DNA from: Candidatus Limnocylindrales bacterium
GTDB taxonomy: Bacteria > Acidobacteriota > Terriglobia > Bryobacterales > Bryobacteraceae
Assembly: GCA_035606355.1 (NCBI GenBank)
Contig: DATNFO010000075.1
Coordinates: 1-40,000 of the forward strand
Length of the DNA stretch: 40,000 nt
Reading direction: 5' to 3'
Below the pieces are notes generated by a model. It was not told the DNA's origin, searched no databases, and worked only from the letters and a program-made list of their open reading frames with translations. The position numbers and the translations under genes are program-made. The first letter of the stretch is position 1; the number at the start of each line of letters is the position of its first letter. Below are positions 1-8,147 of this stretch, in pieces.

Positions 1-639
1 CATCTCCGGCGTCCCTGCAGGGGCCGCACTCCCACTGGGGCTTTTCCCACCCTCCACTGCGCCCGAAGTGGAGGGCGACGATAAATTTTCCTTCTCGCCC
101 GCGCTCAGGCCGAGTTCGTGCTGGACGTGGACTAGAATTTCGTCATACAGTTCCGTGGGTCCGTATTCCAGCAATCCATCGACGGTGGCGGGGCCGCTCT
201 GTCCTGTGCCGCTTTCGTCATCCCACTGGAGCGTCAACCCGTTAATCCGAACGACGCACGCGCGGACGGCCACAGGCGTCAATTCGTCCCGGTCAATTCG
301 CGTTGCGGCCTTCCGAAGATCCTCCCATCGTTGGAACTTCTCCGGCGAGAAATCCACGCGCCCATACGGGTAGGCTGCAAGGGCTTCATCCTCGCTCCTG
401 CCTTCGGCTATCGCCGCATCCCGTTCGGTCTTATTGAACTGCCGCGCGACACGCCACGCGTCAGCGTACTCGCGGTTCAGCGGCCCAAATTCTTCCTGAA
501 TGGCGCGCAATCGCTCTAAAATCGGCTCGTGTAGACGCTCGATCTCCGCGCGTCGGTTCATTGTCGCTTTTCGTAAGGTAACCGTCACGCCGGCGATGAC
601 CTCACTTTGGAACGTTTTCGTAGCTTTGTATATTGCCAT
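1..639 (-). CDS. Phage tail-module protein, N-terminal 213 aa only (ORF open to window edge); sits where a tail assembly chaperone would
   Basis: ATG at 639-637 with AAGGAGAGAG ending 5 nt upstream. I checked all 213 in-frame triplets down to position 1 and found no stop. Missing from the ORF track because it has no stop in the window. Follows the putative major tail gene as G follows V in lambda. Confidence 0.55.
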   Translation of the reverse strand, partial: MAIYKATKTFQSEVIAGVTVTLRKATMNRRAEIERLHEPILERLRAIQEEFGPLNREYADAWRVARQFNKTERDAAIAEGRSEDEALAAYPYGRVDFSPEKFQRWEDLRKAATRIDRDELTPVAVRACVVRINGLTLQWDDESGTGQSGPATVDGLLEYGPTELYDEILVHVQHELGLSAGEKENLSSPSTSGAVEGGKSPSGSAAPAGTPEM

Positions 640-767
640 TTGTGCTCTCTCCTTAAATCGAAACCTGCAAGGGGCTCTGCCGGGCCGTACAGCCAACGCG
701 CGCGGATTACTCCACTCGCGGACCCGGCAGTCACGTGCGCCCCTTCTGTCGTGGTTGGGGTATGTCG

Positions 768-1790
768 TTAGCGAATCGCCAGCGTGAACTGATCTTTCGC
801 GTTGAAGGCGCTCGGGTACGCGACGGCATTCGAGAAGTCGATCTTCCGGCGGCTGCCCTGGTCGCCGTACTTCGGCTTCGGCACGATGACATTGTTGAGC
901 GCGAAGTCCCAGGTGTTTCCCGACGTCTGCCCGAGGGTGAAGTCGATGTTGATGGCCGTGCGGGAGAACGCCTTTTGCTTGAGCGAACGCATGCTCGCAC
1001 CGTCGTTATCCGTCAGCGAGAAATCGGCGCTGATCAGACGCGGCCCCGGGAAGCCCGAGCGCGGGTAGACGGCGTTCGTGTCCTTCCGCAAGCCCCGCTG
1101 AACCGCGAGCCGGATTTTAACCGACAGAATTTCATCGAAGGCATTACCGTCGATAGTGGCGGCGATATCGAAGCCTCGGGGGAACGTTCCGTTCGTGACC
1201 GGCGTGGCTGGCTCGTTCGGAAATGCCGTCAATCCGCCTTTCGCCAAGGCGTCGGTTGTGCCATCCGCCATCTGGTCATTGTCGAGCACCCATCCGGGCT
1301 CCAGCGTGGCCGTGACCGTCGGCTCGTCACCGCCTAACGCGAATTCCAGTTGCGTGACCAGCGAGTTGAACGCAACCTGTTGCGTCCCCGTATTCGGCGC
1401 GTTGAAATTCCACGCGGCGAGGTAGTACAGCAAATCATCGAGCGAGTAGGCGACGCTCGTGGCGGCCACGATAGTGGGCACTTTTCCGAAGCCCGCCTGC
1501 AAGATCGGAGAGCAGTCGGGAGCCACCCCAGGCGACCCGTTGCCGTTCATGTTGCCTTCCCAGATGGCAGTGCCGCTCTTGCGGCCTCCCTGGGCCGGAA
1601 GCTTGTCGAGCGTTCCCGTCTTGTCCGAGCGCTCGATCTCCTGCTGCACCGCGTCGGTGTCGAAACGGCGGACCAACGCGCAGTTCGACCCGGCGACAGT
1701 GGCCGCCCCACCCGTGTTCGGAATCGCATCGAACGCCGTTTGGATTTGGAGATAGCTCCGTTGCTGGTACCGCAGAATTTCGTTACCCAT
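768..1790 (-). CDS. Putative major tail (tube) protein, assigned by position only
   Basis: 340-aa ORF, 8-nt overlap with the upstream gene. Occupies the lambda V position after Z-like and U-like genes. No motif I can name. Confidence 0.5.
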   Translation of the reverse strand: MGNEILRYQQRSYLQIQTAFDAIPNTGGAATVAGSNCALVRRFDTDAVQQEIERSDKTGTLDKLPAQGGRKSGTAIWEGNMNGNGSPGVAPDCSPILQAGFGKVPTIVAATSVAYSLDDLLYYLAAWNFNAPNTGTQQVAFNSLVTQLEFALGGDEPTVTATLEPGWVLDNDQMADGTTDALAKGGLTAFPNEPATPVTNGTFPRGFDIAATIDGNAFDEILSVKIRLAVQRGLRKDTNAVYPRSGFPGPRLISADFSLTDNDGASMRSLKQKAFSRTAINIDFTLGQTSGNTWDFALNNVIVPKPKYGDQGSRRKIDFSNAVAYPSAFNAKDQFTLAIR

Positions 1791-2163
1791 TGTTCACTTC
1801 CTCCATCGCCCCTTCAGAGGCCTGCGGCGCCGGGATTAACGGCGCGCCTTGCTTTTGCAGTCTGGCCTCGATATTGGCGCGCGCGCCTTCGGCAAAGTGG
1901 TGTGCCGCTACGCGCGCGGCGAATACCTTTCCCTTGAAACCCTCGGGCGCGCGGTCATGCGCACCGAAGGACGCATACTGCTTGAGTTCGTCCGCGGTGA
2001 ATGCCAGCGCCGCCGGATCGTCCGCCGGCAGAATTACCGAGCCGCCCGTTGCGGCGTCTTCCGCCGTTTCCACTGCGAGCGATTCCACCTGCCCGAAGCG
2101 AAGAAAGCTGACCAAGTTGCAAATGTGGCTTGGCAGCCCGCCCACAAACATAAACCGTCTCAT
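1783..2163 (-). CDS. Hypothetical phage protein, tail terminator (U-like) position
   Basis: Start moved to the internal ATG at 2163, which forms an ATGA overlap with the stop of 2160-2696. 126 aa, similar in size to lambda U. Confidence 0.5.
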   Translation of the reverse strand: MRRFMFVGGLPSHICNLVSFLRFGQVESLAVETAEDAATGGSVILPADDPAALAFTADELKQYASFGAHDRAPEGFKGKVFAARVAAHHFAEGARANIEARLQKQGAPLIPAPQASEGAMEEVNNG

Positions 2164-2696
2164 ACGTTCACCTCGAAACTTGCTCTGAAATCTACCTGCT
2201 TGACCCACCCGATGTGCTTACTGTCGCGGTCCAACCAATCGAGTGGCACAGGATCGGACCACGAAATATCTTTGGAATACGCGCACGGCGCGTTCACCAT
2301 CGCGCGCAGGGTCGCCACGATAGCCGCCTCCGTGGCATACCGCCAGCCTTCCAACTTGTCCGTGTTGTGCTTTCCCTTCGTGCCCAGAAAGAAGCGGAAG
2401 GCGACCTGAATGCGGCCTGAGAATGCGCGCCCCTTTTCCACGTTCTGATCGGCGCCGGCAGCGACCCACCAAGCTACCGCCGGAAAGACGGGCTCCCACA
2501 TATCGATCAGTTCGGCGAACAGCCACTCGCCCTCGAAACAGTTCAGCTTGCCGTCCGGATCTTTCGACCAGTTGAGCGCATACGCCGGAACGCCGATCTG
2601 TCCCGCCGCCGTCGCCAAGTAATCATTGAAGCCGCCAGTCAGCGCGGCGAGTAATTCCTCGTGCAGCGTGAAGGAGGGAGTTGCTATTGCGCTCAT
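2160..2696 (-). CDS. Hypothetical phage protein, tail completion (Z-like) position
   Basis: 178 aa, ATGA overlaps at both ends (2693-2696 and 2160-2163). Assigned by synteny only. Confidence 0.5.
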   Translation of the reverse strand: MSAIATPSFTLHEELLAALTGGFNDYLATAAGQIGVPAYALNWSKDPDGKLNCFEGEWLFAELIDMWEPVFPAVAWWVAAGADQNVEKGRAFSGRIQVAFRFFLGTKGKHNTDKLEGWRYATEAAIVATLRAMVNAPCAYSKDISWSDPVPLDWLDRDSKHIGWVKQVDFRASFEVNV

Positions 2697-3043
2697 AAAT
2701 CCTCTCCGTCATTCGGCACGTCTTCCGTGGCGTGAAGTTCCAGCAGAGTCAGTCCGTAGGGCGAGTTCGTGACGCGCTCGACCTGATACACAGTCCCATC
2801 CGCCCATGTCACAATGTCCCCTTTTTGAGGGTCGGTGATGACTGCCGGATCAACCTCGACGTGCGCGAAGTAGCCCGGAGCCATGGACTGTTGCAGCGGC
2901 GCTTTCAGTAGGAGGCACTTTGTATCGATCGCGGCGCCGCCGGCTGCTGGTGTATAGGCAATCGGTTCCCCAAAGGCGCGCAGTTGCGCCTTGTTGAGCC
3001 GGTCACTTTGTTGTTGTGGAGTGAGCATGTGGAAGGTGTGCAC
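2693..3043 (-). CDS. Putative head-tail joining protein (FII-like)
   Basis: 116 aa. The C-terminal GDIVTWADGTVYQVERV...LTLLEL pattern resembles FII / head-tail joining proteins as I recall them. Position after the capsid gene fits. Confidence 0.5.
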   Translation of the reverse strand: MHTFHMLTPQQQSDRLNKAQLRAFGEPIAYTPAAGGAAIDTKCLLLKAPLQQSMAPGYFAHVEVDPAVITDPQKGDIVTWADGTVYQVERVTNSPYGLTLLELHATEDVPNDGEDL

Positions 3044-3103
3044 GCGTGTGCACAGAAAGCAGCGGGCGCGGCGGAGGGGATGATGTCCGCGCCCGCTTCC
3101 CCG

Positions 3104-3277
3104 TTACTCTTCGTCTTCGGTCGGGGCGGCAATGCCGGCCGCAATGAGGCGGTCCGCTTCCGCCTTGTCTACGGCCAGGACAGCCCCCGGCGCATGCTCC
3201 GTGATGCTCACGGCGCCGTCTTTCCCGGGAGCTTTCACCCCGTGGTGAATCGCGATCAACGCTTTAATTTTCTTCAT
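3104..3277 (-). CDS. Small hypothetical phage protein (57 aa), below the ORF-track cutoff
   Basis: My translation is MKKIKALIAIHHGVKAPGKDGAVSITEHAPGAVLAVDKAEADRLIAAGIAAPTEDEE. AAGGAG lies 10 nt upstream of the ATG (3277). It fills the gap between capsid E and the FII-like gene. Confidence 0.45.
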   Translation of the reverse strand: MKKIKALIAIHHGVKAPGKDGAVSITEHAPGAVLAVDKAEADRLIAAGIAAPTEDEE

Positions 3278-3292
3278 GACCGTCGATTCTCC

Positions 3293-4327
3293 TTACTTCA
3301 CCGTCGCGCATAGCATCGCGTTCGGGCGATAGGGCACCAGCAGCGGGGCGCTCTGCATCAGCAGAAACCGCACGGCAGGGTCCTGTTCTACCCAGCTCTT
3401 CGCGAACATCGGAAGCGCCTGATAGCCCGCCTGCTCGTCTTTGATGGCACCGTAGGCGCGGTAGCCTTCGAGCTGCGGGCCAGACATCAGCACCGTGCCG
3501 CTCGGCAACATCGGCTGCGTGGCGCCGTTGTCGTCGAGATAATACCCGGCATAGGTGAAGATGTTGAACTGGTCGATCGTGCCCTGGTACTGGCCGCCTT
3601 CCATGCCGAACATCGCGTTCTGTGCCATGGTGGGCATGTCGCCGAGCCGCCGCTGCAACGTGAGCCGGTCCTTGACGTTCTGGTTGTTGCGGAACAACAC
3701 CCAGGCGTCGGTGTCCATGACCACGTCGATGGGGTTCGCGCCGATGAGCTTGAGGACGCTCAGCGCCCAGGTTTGCAGGTTGTCGAGCGGGTTCACGTTC
3801 GCTTGATCCCACTTCGCCGCTCCGGCAAGCGCGATCGTGAGCGAGGCGTCGCGCAGGAAGTCCACGAGCACGGCGGGATAATTGTCCCCCTGAATCGTGA
3901 CCTTACCCGTTTGCAGGATCTGGGAGGCCATCCACTCCAGCCGCCGGGTGAGCATATCCACCTGGTCCTGAAGTTCGAAGGCGAGAATCGCCTGCATGCG
4001 CTGCATCGGAGACAGCGAACCGCCGATCTGCTCACCGGCACTGCGCTTCAACGCGCGGTTGCCGTCCCACACCCGCTTGTCTTTGATGTAGGCTGGCCGA
4101 AAGATGTCCGTCTTGAAGCCCTTGCTGGTTACCACCTTGCCCTCGACCAGCGGCGAAACGAACGGGGCCATGCGCCGCGTTTTCTGCACCGTGTCGAAGG
4201 CGATTTCCTCTTTCCCTTCCTGGGGAAGCTGCACGTTCGGGAAAAACCGGTCCAGCAGGAAGCTCGGCGGCTGAATCAGGCTCGCCACTACCCCGTTGAT
4301 TACTGTCGTCGAAAAAATGTCTGCCAT
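3293..4327 (-). CDS. Major capsid protein, lambda gpE family
   Basis: 344 aa. FLLDRFFPNV, MAPFVSPLVEGKVVTSKG..FRPAYIK and C-terminal YGAIKD...WVEQDPAVRFLLMQSAPLLVP parallel lambda gpE segments (LFLRLFFRE, YVSPIVSGEVIRSRG..FTPGYVK, YGCIQD...WVTTGDPAREFTMIQSAPLMLL) recalled from memory. Confidence 0.93.
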   Translation of the reverse strand: MADIFSTTVINGVVASLIQPPSFLLDRFFPNVQLPQEGKEEIAFDTVQKTRRMAPFVSPLVEGKVVTSKGFKTDIFRPAYIKDKRVWDGNRALKRSAGEQIGGSLSPMQRMQAILAFELQDQVDMLTRRLEWMASQILQTGKVTIQGDNYPAVLVDFLRDASLTIALAGAAKWDQANVNPLDNLQTWALSVLKLIGANPIDVVMDTDAWVLFRNNQNVKDRLTLQRRLGDMPTMAQNAMFGMEGGQYQGTIDQFNIFTYAGYYLDDNGATQPMLPSGTVLMSGPQLEGYRAYGAIKDEQAGYQALPMFAKSWVEQDPAVRFLLMQSAPLLVPYRPNAMLCATVK

Positions 4328-4357
4328 GATGTTCTCCTTCTCTGGCTTGGGTCGCGC

Positions 4358-5053
4358 CTAGGCGATCACGTCTACCAGATCGATCCCCTTCCCCCGCAAG
4401 CCTTCGCGGATTCCGGCCACCGTCTGTCCGGCGCCGAGCACCACCGCCGCCGAGCTGAACCGGCCGCGGAAATAGCCCATCGCGTCAGTGTCGGCCGCCG
4501 TCGCATCCGTGGCCTGAGAGAGGATGGCATCGGGCAACTGGGAGCCATCGACCGCCGCCGCGAGCGAGAGGACATACTTGCCGCTCCCGGCCGCGATGGT
4601 GATGTCGAAGCCGTCGCCCACCACGAAGTCCACGCCGCCATCGGTGACCGCGAACTTTAGGCGATCGGCGAACGTGGCGCTCGCACCCGCGCCGTTGTAC
4701 GTCACTTGGCCGAGCGTGATTCCGCGCGGATCGACCACATCGAAGATTGCCGTGTTCGCGCCCGCATTGATGCAGCGCACGGTGTAGACACCGGGGCCGC
4801 TCAGATACGCATTCGCCAGAATGGGGGTTACGGCGTCGAGCACAAGCGTGCCGTTGCCGGTGTTGCCGCCCGCCTTCGCCGCCGAGACGGCAGCGCCGAG
4901 CGTGATTTGCCCGAGGACCGCGCCGCGCGCGAGGTTCTGACCCGTGAGGATCGTAACCTTCCGCGACAACAAATCATCGAGCGAGAGAACCAGGCCATCC
5001 GGCGTAAACGTGCTCTCCGAATAGCTCGCCATCGGATTGGAAAAGCTGCCCAT
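4358..5053 (-). CDS. Head decoration protein, gpD-like, with an inserted domain of about 120 aa
   Basis: 231 aa. N-terminal LLSRKVTILTGQNLARGAVLGQIT and C-terminal PDAILSQATDATAADTDAMGYFRGRFSS resemble the two halves of gpD-type decoration proteins. Located between protease and capsid as in lambda. Confidence 0.65.
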   Translation of the reverse strand: MGSFSNPMASYSESTFTPDGLVLSLDDLLSRKVTILTGQNLARGAVLGQITLGAAVSAAKAGGNTGNGTLVLDAVTPILANAYLSGPGVYTVRCINAGANTAIFDVVDPRGITLGQVTYNGAGASATFADRLKFAVTDGGVDFVVGDGFDITIAAGSGKYVLSLAAAVDGSQLPDAILSQATDATAADTDAMGYFRGRFSSAAVVLGAGQTVAGIREGLRGKGIDLVDVIA

Positions 5054-5054
5054 G

Positions 5055-5432
5055 TTACTTCACCGCCCTTCTCGGAGCGAATGCGAGAACGCCCTTCACC
5101 AGGGCCTCCGCTTCCGCTTCGTTTTCGCTTCCGCCGGGGCCAACCTTGGGGTTCGGTACGGTTTCCATGGCTTCCCTCAGCGGGTTCTTGTTTTCGGTTT
5201 GGACCGGCGCGGCGCTCAGCAGTTTTTTGGCTGCTTCGGCGTCCGTATCCGTTTCGAGTGCGATCGTGCGGGCCAAGCTCTCCCGGCCCTTGGCTTCCTC
5301 CAGAGTGAGGATGGCTGCCACACGCGCGCGTTCCGTTTTGCGGCCATCGGCGATGCCTTCCGACCGCGCCTGCGCTTTCGCTGCTTCGAGCTGCGCCGAG
5401 TGTTCGGCCACCAGCTCTTCCGGCGTCTTCAT
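5055..5432 (-). CDS. Probable nested in-frame scaffold gene (Nu3-like) inside the protease gene
   Basis: In-frame internal ATG at 5432-5430 (MKTPEELVAEH...) preceded by AAGGAG (5446-5441) with 8-nt spacing. Lambda C/Nu3 shows the same nested arrangement. Confidence 0.4.
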   Translation of the reverse strand: MKTPEELVAEHSAQLEAAKAQARSEGIADGRKTERARVAAILTLEEAKGRESLARTIALETDTDAEAAKKLLSAAPVQTENKNPLREAMETVPNPKVGPGGSENEAEAEALVKGVLAFAPRRAVK

Positions 5433-6305
5433 ACCTGTCGCTCCTTTGCCGCCAAACGTGTACGTACTCGACGGTGCGGCCATCTCCGCGAGTAAACCTT
5501 CAAAAGATCCAATGCGGTCGATCATTCCGGCATCGAGCGCTCGCTTTGCGATCATCGATTCGCCCTGCCCGAAGTCCGACAACACTTTTGCCACATCGAC
5601 ATCCCGGCCCTGTGCCACCGCTGCAATGAACGGTTCGGCGAGATCGTCTACCATCGCCTGCACCGCGGCTTTACCCTCCGGCGTCGCCGGATCGAGCCGC
5701 TTGCGTGGGCTTTGGCTGGACACGATTTCAAAGCGCTTTAAGCCGTTCTTTTCGTCGGCTCCACTGCGGTCCGTGAACCCGGCTACCACCCCGATGGAAC
5801 CGATCAGGGCCGTAGCATCGGTCACGATTTCATCGGCCTGCGAAGCCAGCCAATACGCGGCGCTCGCTGCCATCCCGCCAACATACGCGTACACGGGCTT
5901 ACCTGCCGCGTTGATCATGCCGGCCATTTCGTTGATGCCATCCACCTGCCCGCCGGGCGAATTGATGTTGAGCAGGATGGCTTTCACACGCGGATCGGCA
6001 AGCGCCGAACTGAAGTCGGTCGCCAGATCTTCCACCGAGGTTGCGCCCGAGAACATCGTCATCAGGTTGGCGTGGCGAAAGATCGGCCCCATCACGGGCA
6101 CAATGGCAACGCCGTCCCGAATCGTGGCTGTCCAGGTATTCTCTAACGGCTTGTCGAGCTTAGCCGCAACCGCTTCCCAACTCTCTGTGGTTGCGCGCGC
6201 CGCAATCTTGCGGATCTCTTCGAGCGCATCGGCGGTAATTGCCCATGGCTTCGACTCAATCTCGACCAGCGCGCGAATCGCGGGCTTCTTCACTCTCTCG
6301 CTCAT
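5055..6305 (-). CDS. Head maturation protease, S49 (SppA/ClpP-like, lambda gpC type) with C-terminal scaffold-like helical region
   Basis: 416 aa. INSPGGQVDG and GMAASAAYWLA motifs are typical of S49 peptidases. The Ala/Glu/Lys-rich C-terminal 125 aa look like a scaffold. ATGA overlap with the portal gene. Confidence 0.88.
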   Translation of the reverse strand: MSERVKKPAIRALVEIESKPWAITADALEEIRKIAARATTESWEAVAAKLDKPLENTWTATIRDGVAIVPVMGPIFRHANLMTMFSGATSVEDLATDFSSALADPRVKAILLNINSPGGQVDGINEMAGMINAAGKPVYAYVGGMAASAAYWLASQADEIVTDATALIGSIGVVAGFTDRSGADEKNGLKRFEIVSSQSPRKRLDPATPEGKAAVQAMVDDLAEPFIAAVAQGRDVDVAKVLSDFGQGESMIAKRALDAGMIDRIGSFEGLLAEMAAPSSTYTFGGKGATGMKTPEELVAEHSAQLEAAKAQARSEGIADGRKTERARVAAILTLEEAKGRESLARTIALETDTDAEAAKKLLSAAPVQTENKNPLREAMETVPNPKVGPGGSENEAEAEALVKGVLAFAPRRAVK

Positions 6306-7930
6306 TCGTCAGGACCTCCCGGCGCCGCTTTCCCGGGCGCTTCGTCATCGGCGGTTTCCGCTTCCTGCAAGTCGAGCGGTTGGCGGCTCTCCAGAACTTC
6401 CGGCAGCGGCAGGTTGAGTTCGGCCATTTTCGCCCGCTCGGCCGCGCGCTGCTCCAGCACTTCCTCCCAATCCCGACCTTGCTCGGCGCATTCGTCTTCG
6501 AGCGTAGTGAGGTAGTTGCGCATGCGCGTCTCGGCCGCCTGTGCTTCCTTCTGTGGGTCAACCCATCCTTTTCCGGAGCCGATCCATTTGCAGCAAGAGT
6601 AGGCAAAGCGATGCTCATAGAAGTCCGGCGCCTCTACCAGGCCGGCGTTCACGATCTCTTCAAGGAAGAGTTCGTATACCGGAGTCGCCCAGAAATCCGT
6701 GAGCCATTTCCTCCGACCCACAAAGAAGCGCCATGCTTCCAGCAGCATCGACCGCGCGCCCGAATAGTTGATTTTGCTGAAGTCTTTCAGGAGCAGTTCC
6801 AGCGGAACATCGAGACCCGCGGAGATATGCCGAAGCACGTTCTCGACGAACGGCCCATATACGCCGGTCGGCTGCGATGGCGTGAACGCCGTCATCTTAT
6901 CGCCCGGGAACATCGGCACGACGGCACCGCCCTGAAGCTTCACGCGATATTCGTTCTTCCGTGTAAGGTAGGTTTTAAACTCTTCGCTGTTGATATCCCC
7001 GCCGAAGAGCTGCGCAAGTGCCGTGGAGTCCATCGGCGTTTCGATAAACGCCGCTATCATCGCCTGCACTACCGCCGCTTGCACCGTTGTGCGCTGGTAA
7101 TGGTCCAGCATTTTGAACTGGGCCAACACGGCGCTCAGGTCCGGCTTGCCGCGATGCTGCCCGGCGCGGTCCAGATCGGCCACGTGAATGACGCGCTTGC
7201 GGCCCCATGGCGTTTCCGCCGGGACGGGCTCCCACTGCATCGCATCCGGCAGGATGCCGATGTAGGCATCGCCTGGGTGCGTTTTCCGAATCCAGTACTT
7301 CGTCGGCTTGCCGAGATCGTCGATCTCAATGCCGCCGCGCATGTGCGAGCCGTCGATGCGCCCTATGGGAGTCGAGAGCCGATCGGACTCCATTACCTGG
7401 AGCTTGGTCGCGAAGCGCGAACTACCGGACGGCAGCCACATGGCGAGCGCGACGGCATCGCCGTTTAACATGCAGCCGTTGAACACCTGCCGCGTGAGCC
7501 CCAGGAAGTTGTGTGTGCCAGCGGCGTCGCAGTTCGTGGTTTCGGAGAATTCCCGCCAGTAGCTCCGCACCACCTGCGCGAACTCAATTGCCCACTCCTT
7601 CGTTTTGCCGAGAGCCCGGTAATCGGGAGTCGGCGAGAGGCGGAAACCCAGACCGACGATGTTGTCGCTCTTCGTCTGCCGCGCGGACTGCGCGATGCCG
7701 TGATTGCGGTCGAGGTCGCGGGCGCGGGGAACCAGCACGGTGCGATCGCCGAGCAGGTCCGAGTCTCCGGAGCCCGACACGGGATTCCAGCCGGCCAACT
7801 CGCGCGACGTGACGGATGCCCCCATGTGGGCTGCATCGCCGTACCAGCCGGCCGCTGCCCGGAATGTCTGGCCGCCATCGAAGCTGACCAGATCGCCACG
7901 GCGGCGCACGATTTGCTTGGCTGTGCTCAT
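6302..7930 (-). CDS. Portal protein, lambda gpB family
   Basis: 542 aa, between gpW and the S49 protease with ATGA overlaps on both sides. Size, acidic C-terminus and position fit lambda-family portals. Confidence 0.85.
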   Translation of the reverse strand: MSTAKQIVRRRGDLVSFDGGQTFRAAAGWYGDAAHMGASVTSRELAGWNPVSGSGDSDLLGDRTVLVPRARDLDRNHGIAQSARQTKSDNIVGLGFRLSPTPDYRALGKTKEWAIEFAQVVRSYWREFSETTNCDAAGTHNFLGLTRQVFNGCMLNGDAVALAMWLPSGSSRFATKLQVMESDRLSTPIGRIDGSHMRGGIEIDDLGKPTKYWIRKTHPGDAYIGILPDAMQWEPVPAETPWGRKRVIHVADLDRAGQHRGKPDLSAVLAQFKMLDHYQRTTVQAAVVQAMIAAFIETPMDSTALAQLFGGDINSEEFKTYLTRKNEYRVKLQGGAVVPMFPGDKMTAFTPSQPTGVYGPFVENVLRHISAGLDVPLELLLKDFSKINYSGARSMLLEAWRFFVGRRKWLTDFWATPVYELFLEEIVNAGLVEAPDFYEHRFAYSCCKWIGSGKGWVDPQKEAQAAETRMRNYLTTLEDECAEQGRDWEEVLEQRAAERAKMAELNLPLPEVLESRQPLDLQEAETADDEAPGKAAPGGPDE

Positions 7931-8142
7931 CGTCCGAAAGTGAAGAGAATCGGCCGCCGCACCGTTCCGGCCGCGGCCTTTAATTCCTCGATATAATTCC
8001 GCAACTGCTGCACGTTGACCTGGTTGTATTGCACGCGTCGCCCGTCTGGCCCGGTGATCTCGACTTCGACCTGTCCAATCAAAAGAGAGTGCAGCGCGGC
8101 CTCGGCTTCGGGAAGCCGTTGTAGTGCAGTGGTAGCATCCAT
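7927..8142 (-). CDS. Head-tail joining protein gpW
   Basis: 71 aa. EAEAALHSLLIGQ...DGRRVQY...LRNYIEELK parallels lambda W (AARAALHDLMTGK...DGRRVEF...LKKYIAELE, from memory). Confidence 0.8.
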   Translation of the reverse strand: MDATTALQRLPEAEAALHSLLIGQVEVEITGPDGRRVQYNQVNVQQLRNYIEELKAAAGTVRRPILFTFGR

Positions 8143-8147
8143 CGCGT

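Noticed and set aside
42-48. GGGAAAA heptamer (minus strand) resembling the lambda G/GT slippery site in the putative tail chaperone gene
   Set aside because: In the reading frame that I verified, the heptamer is phased GGG-AAA-A, not X-XXY-YYZ. It therefore does not fit a canonical -1 frameshift site, and the downstream frame lies outside the window.
677-730. 8-bp inverted repeat CTGCCGGG / CCCGGCAG with a 38-nt loop after the putative major tail gene
   Set aside because: The stem is short relative to the loop and there is no U-tract. It could arise by chance in GC-rich DNA, so it is not reported as a terminator.
5146-7468. Long plus-strand ORFs (5146-6417, 423 aa; 6239-7468, 409 aa) opposite the protease and portal genes
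   Set aside because: They are antisense shadows of well-supported minus-strand genes in GC-rich DNA. The products are Ala/Arg/Ser-rich low complexity with no motifs.
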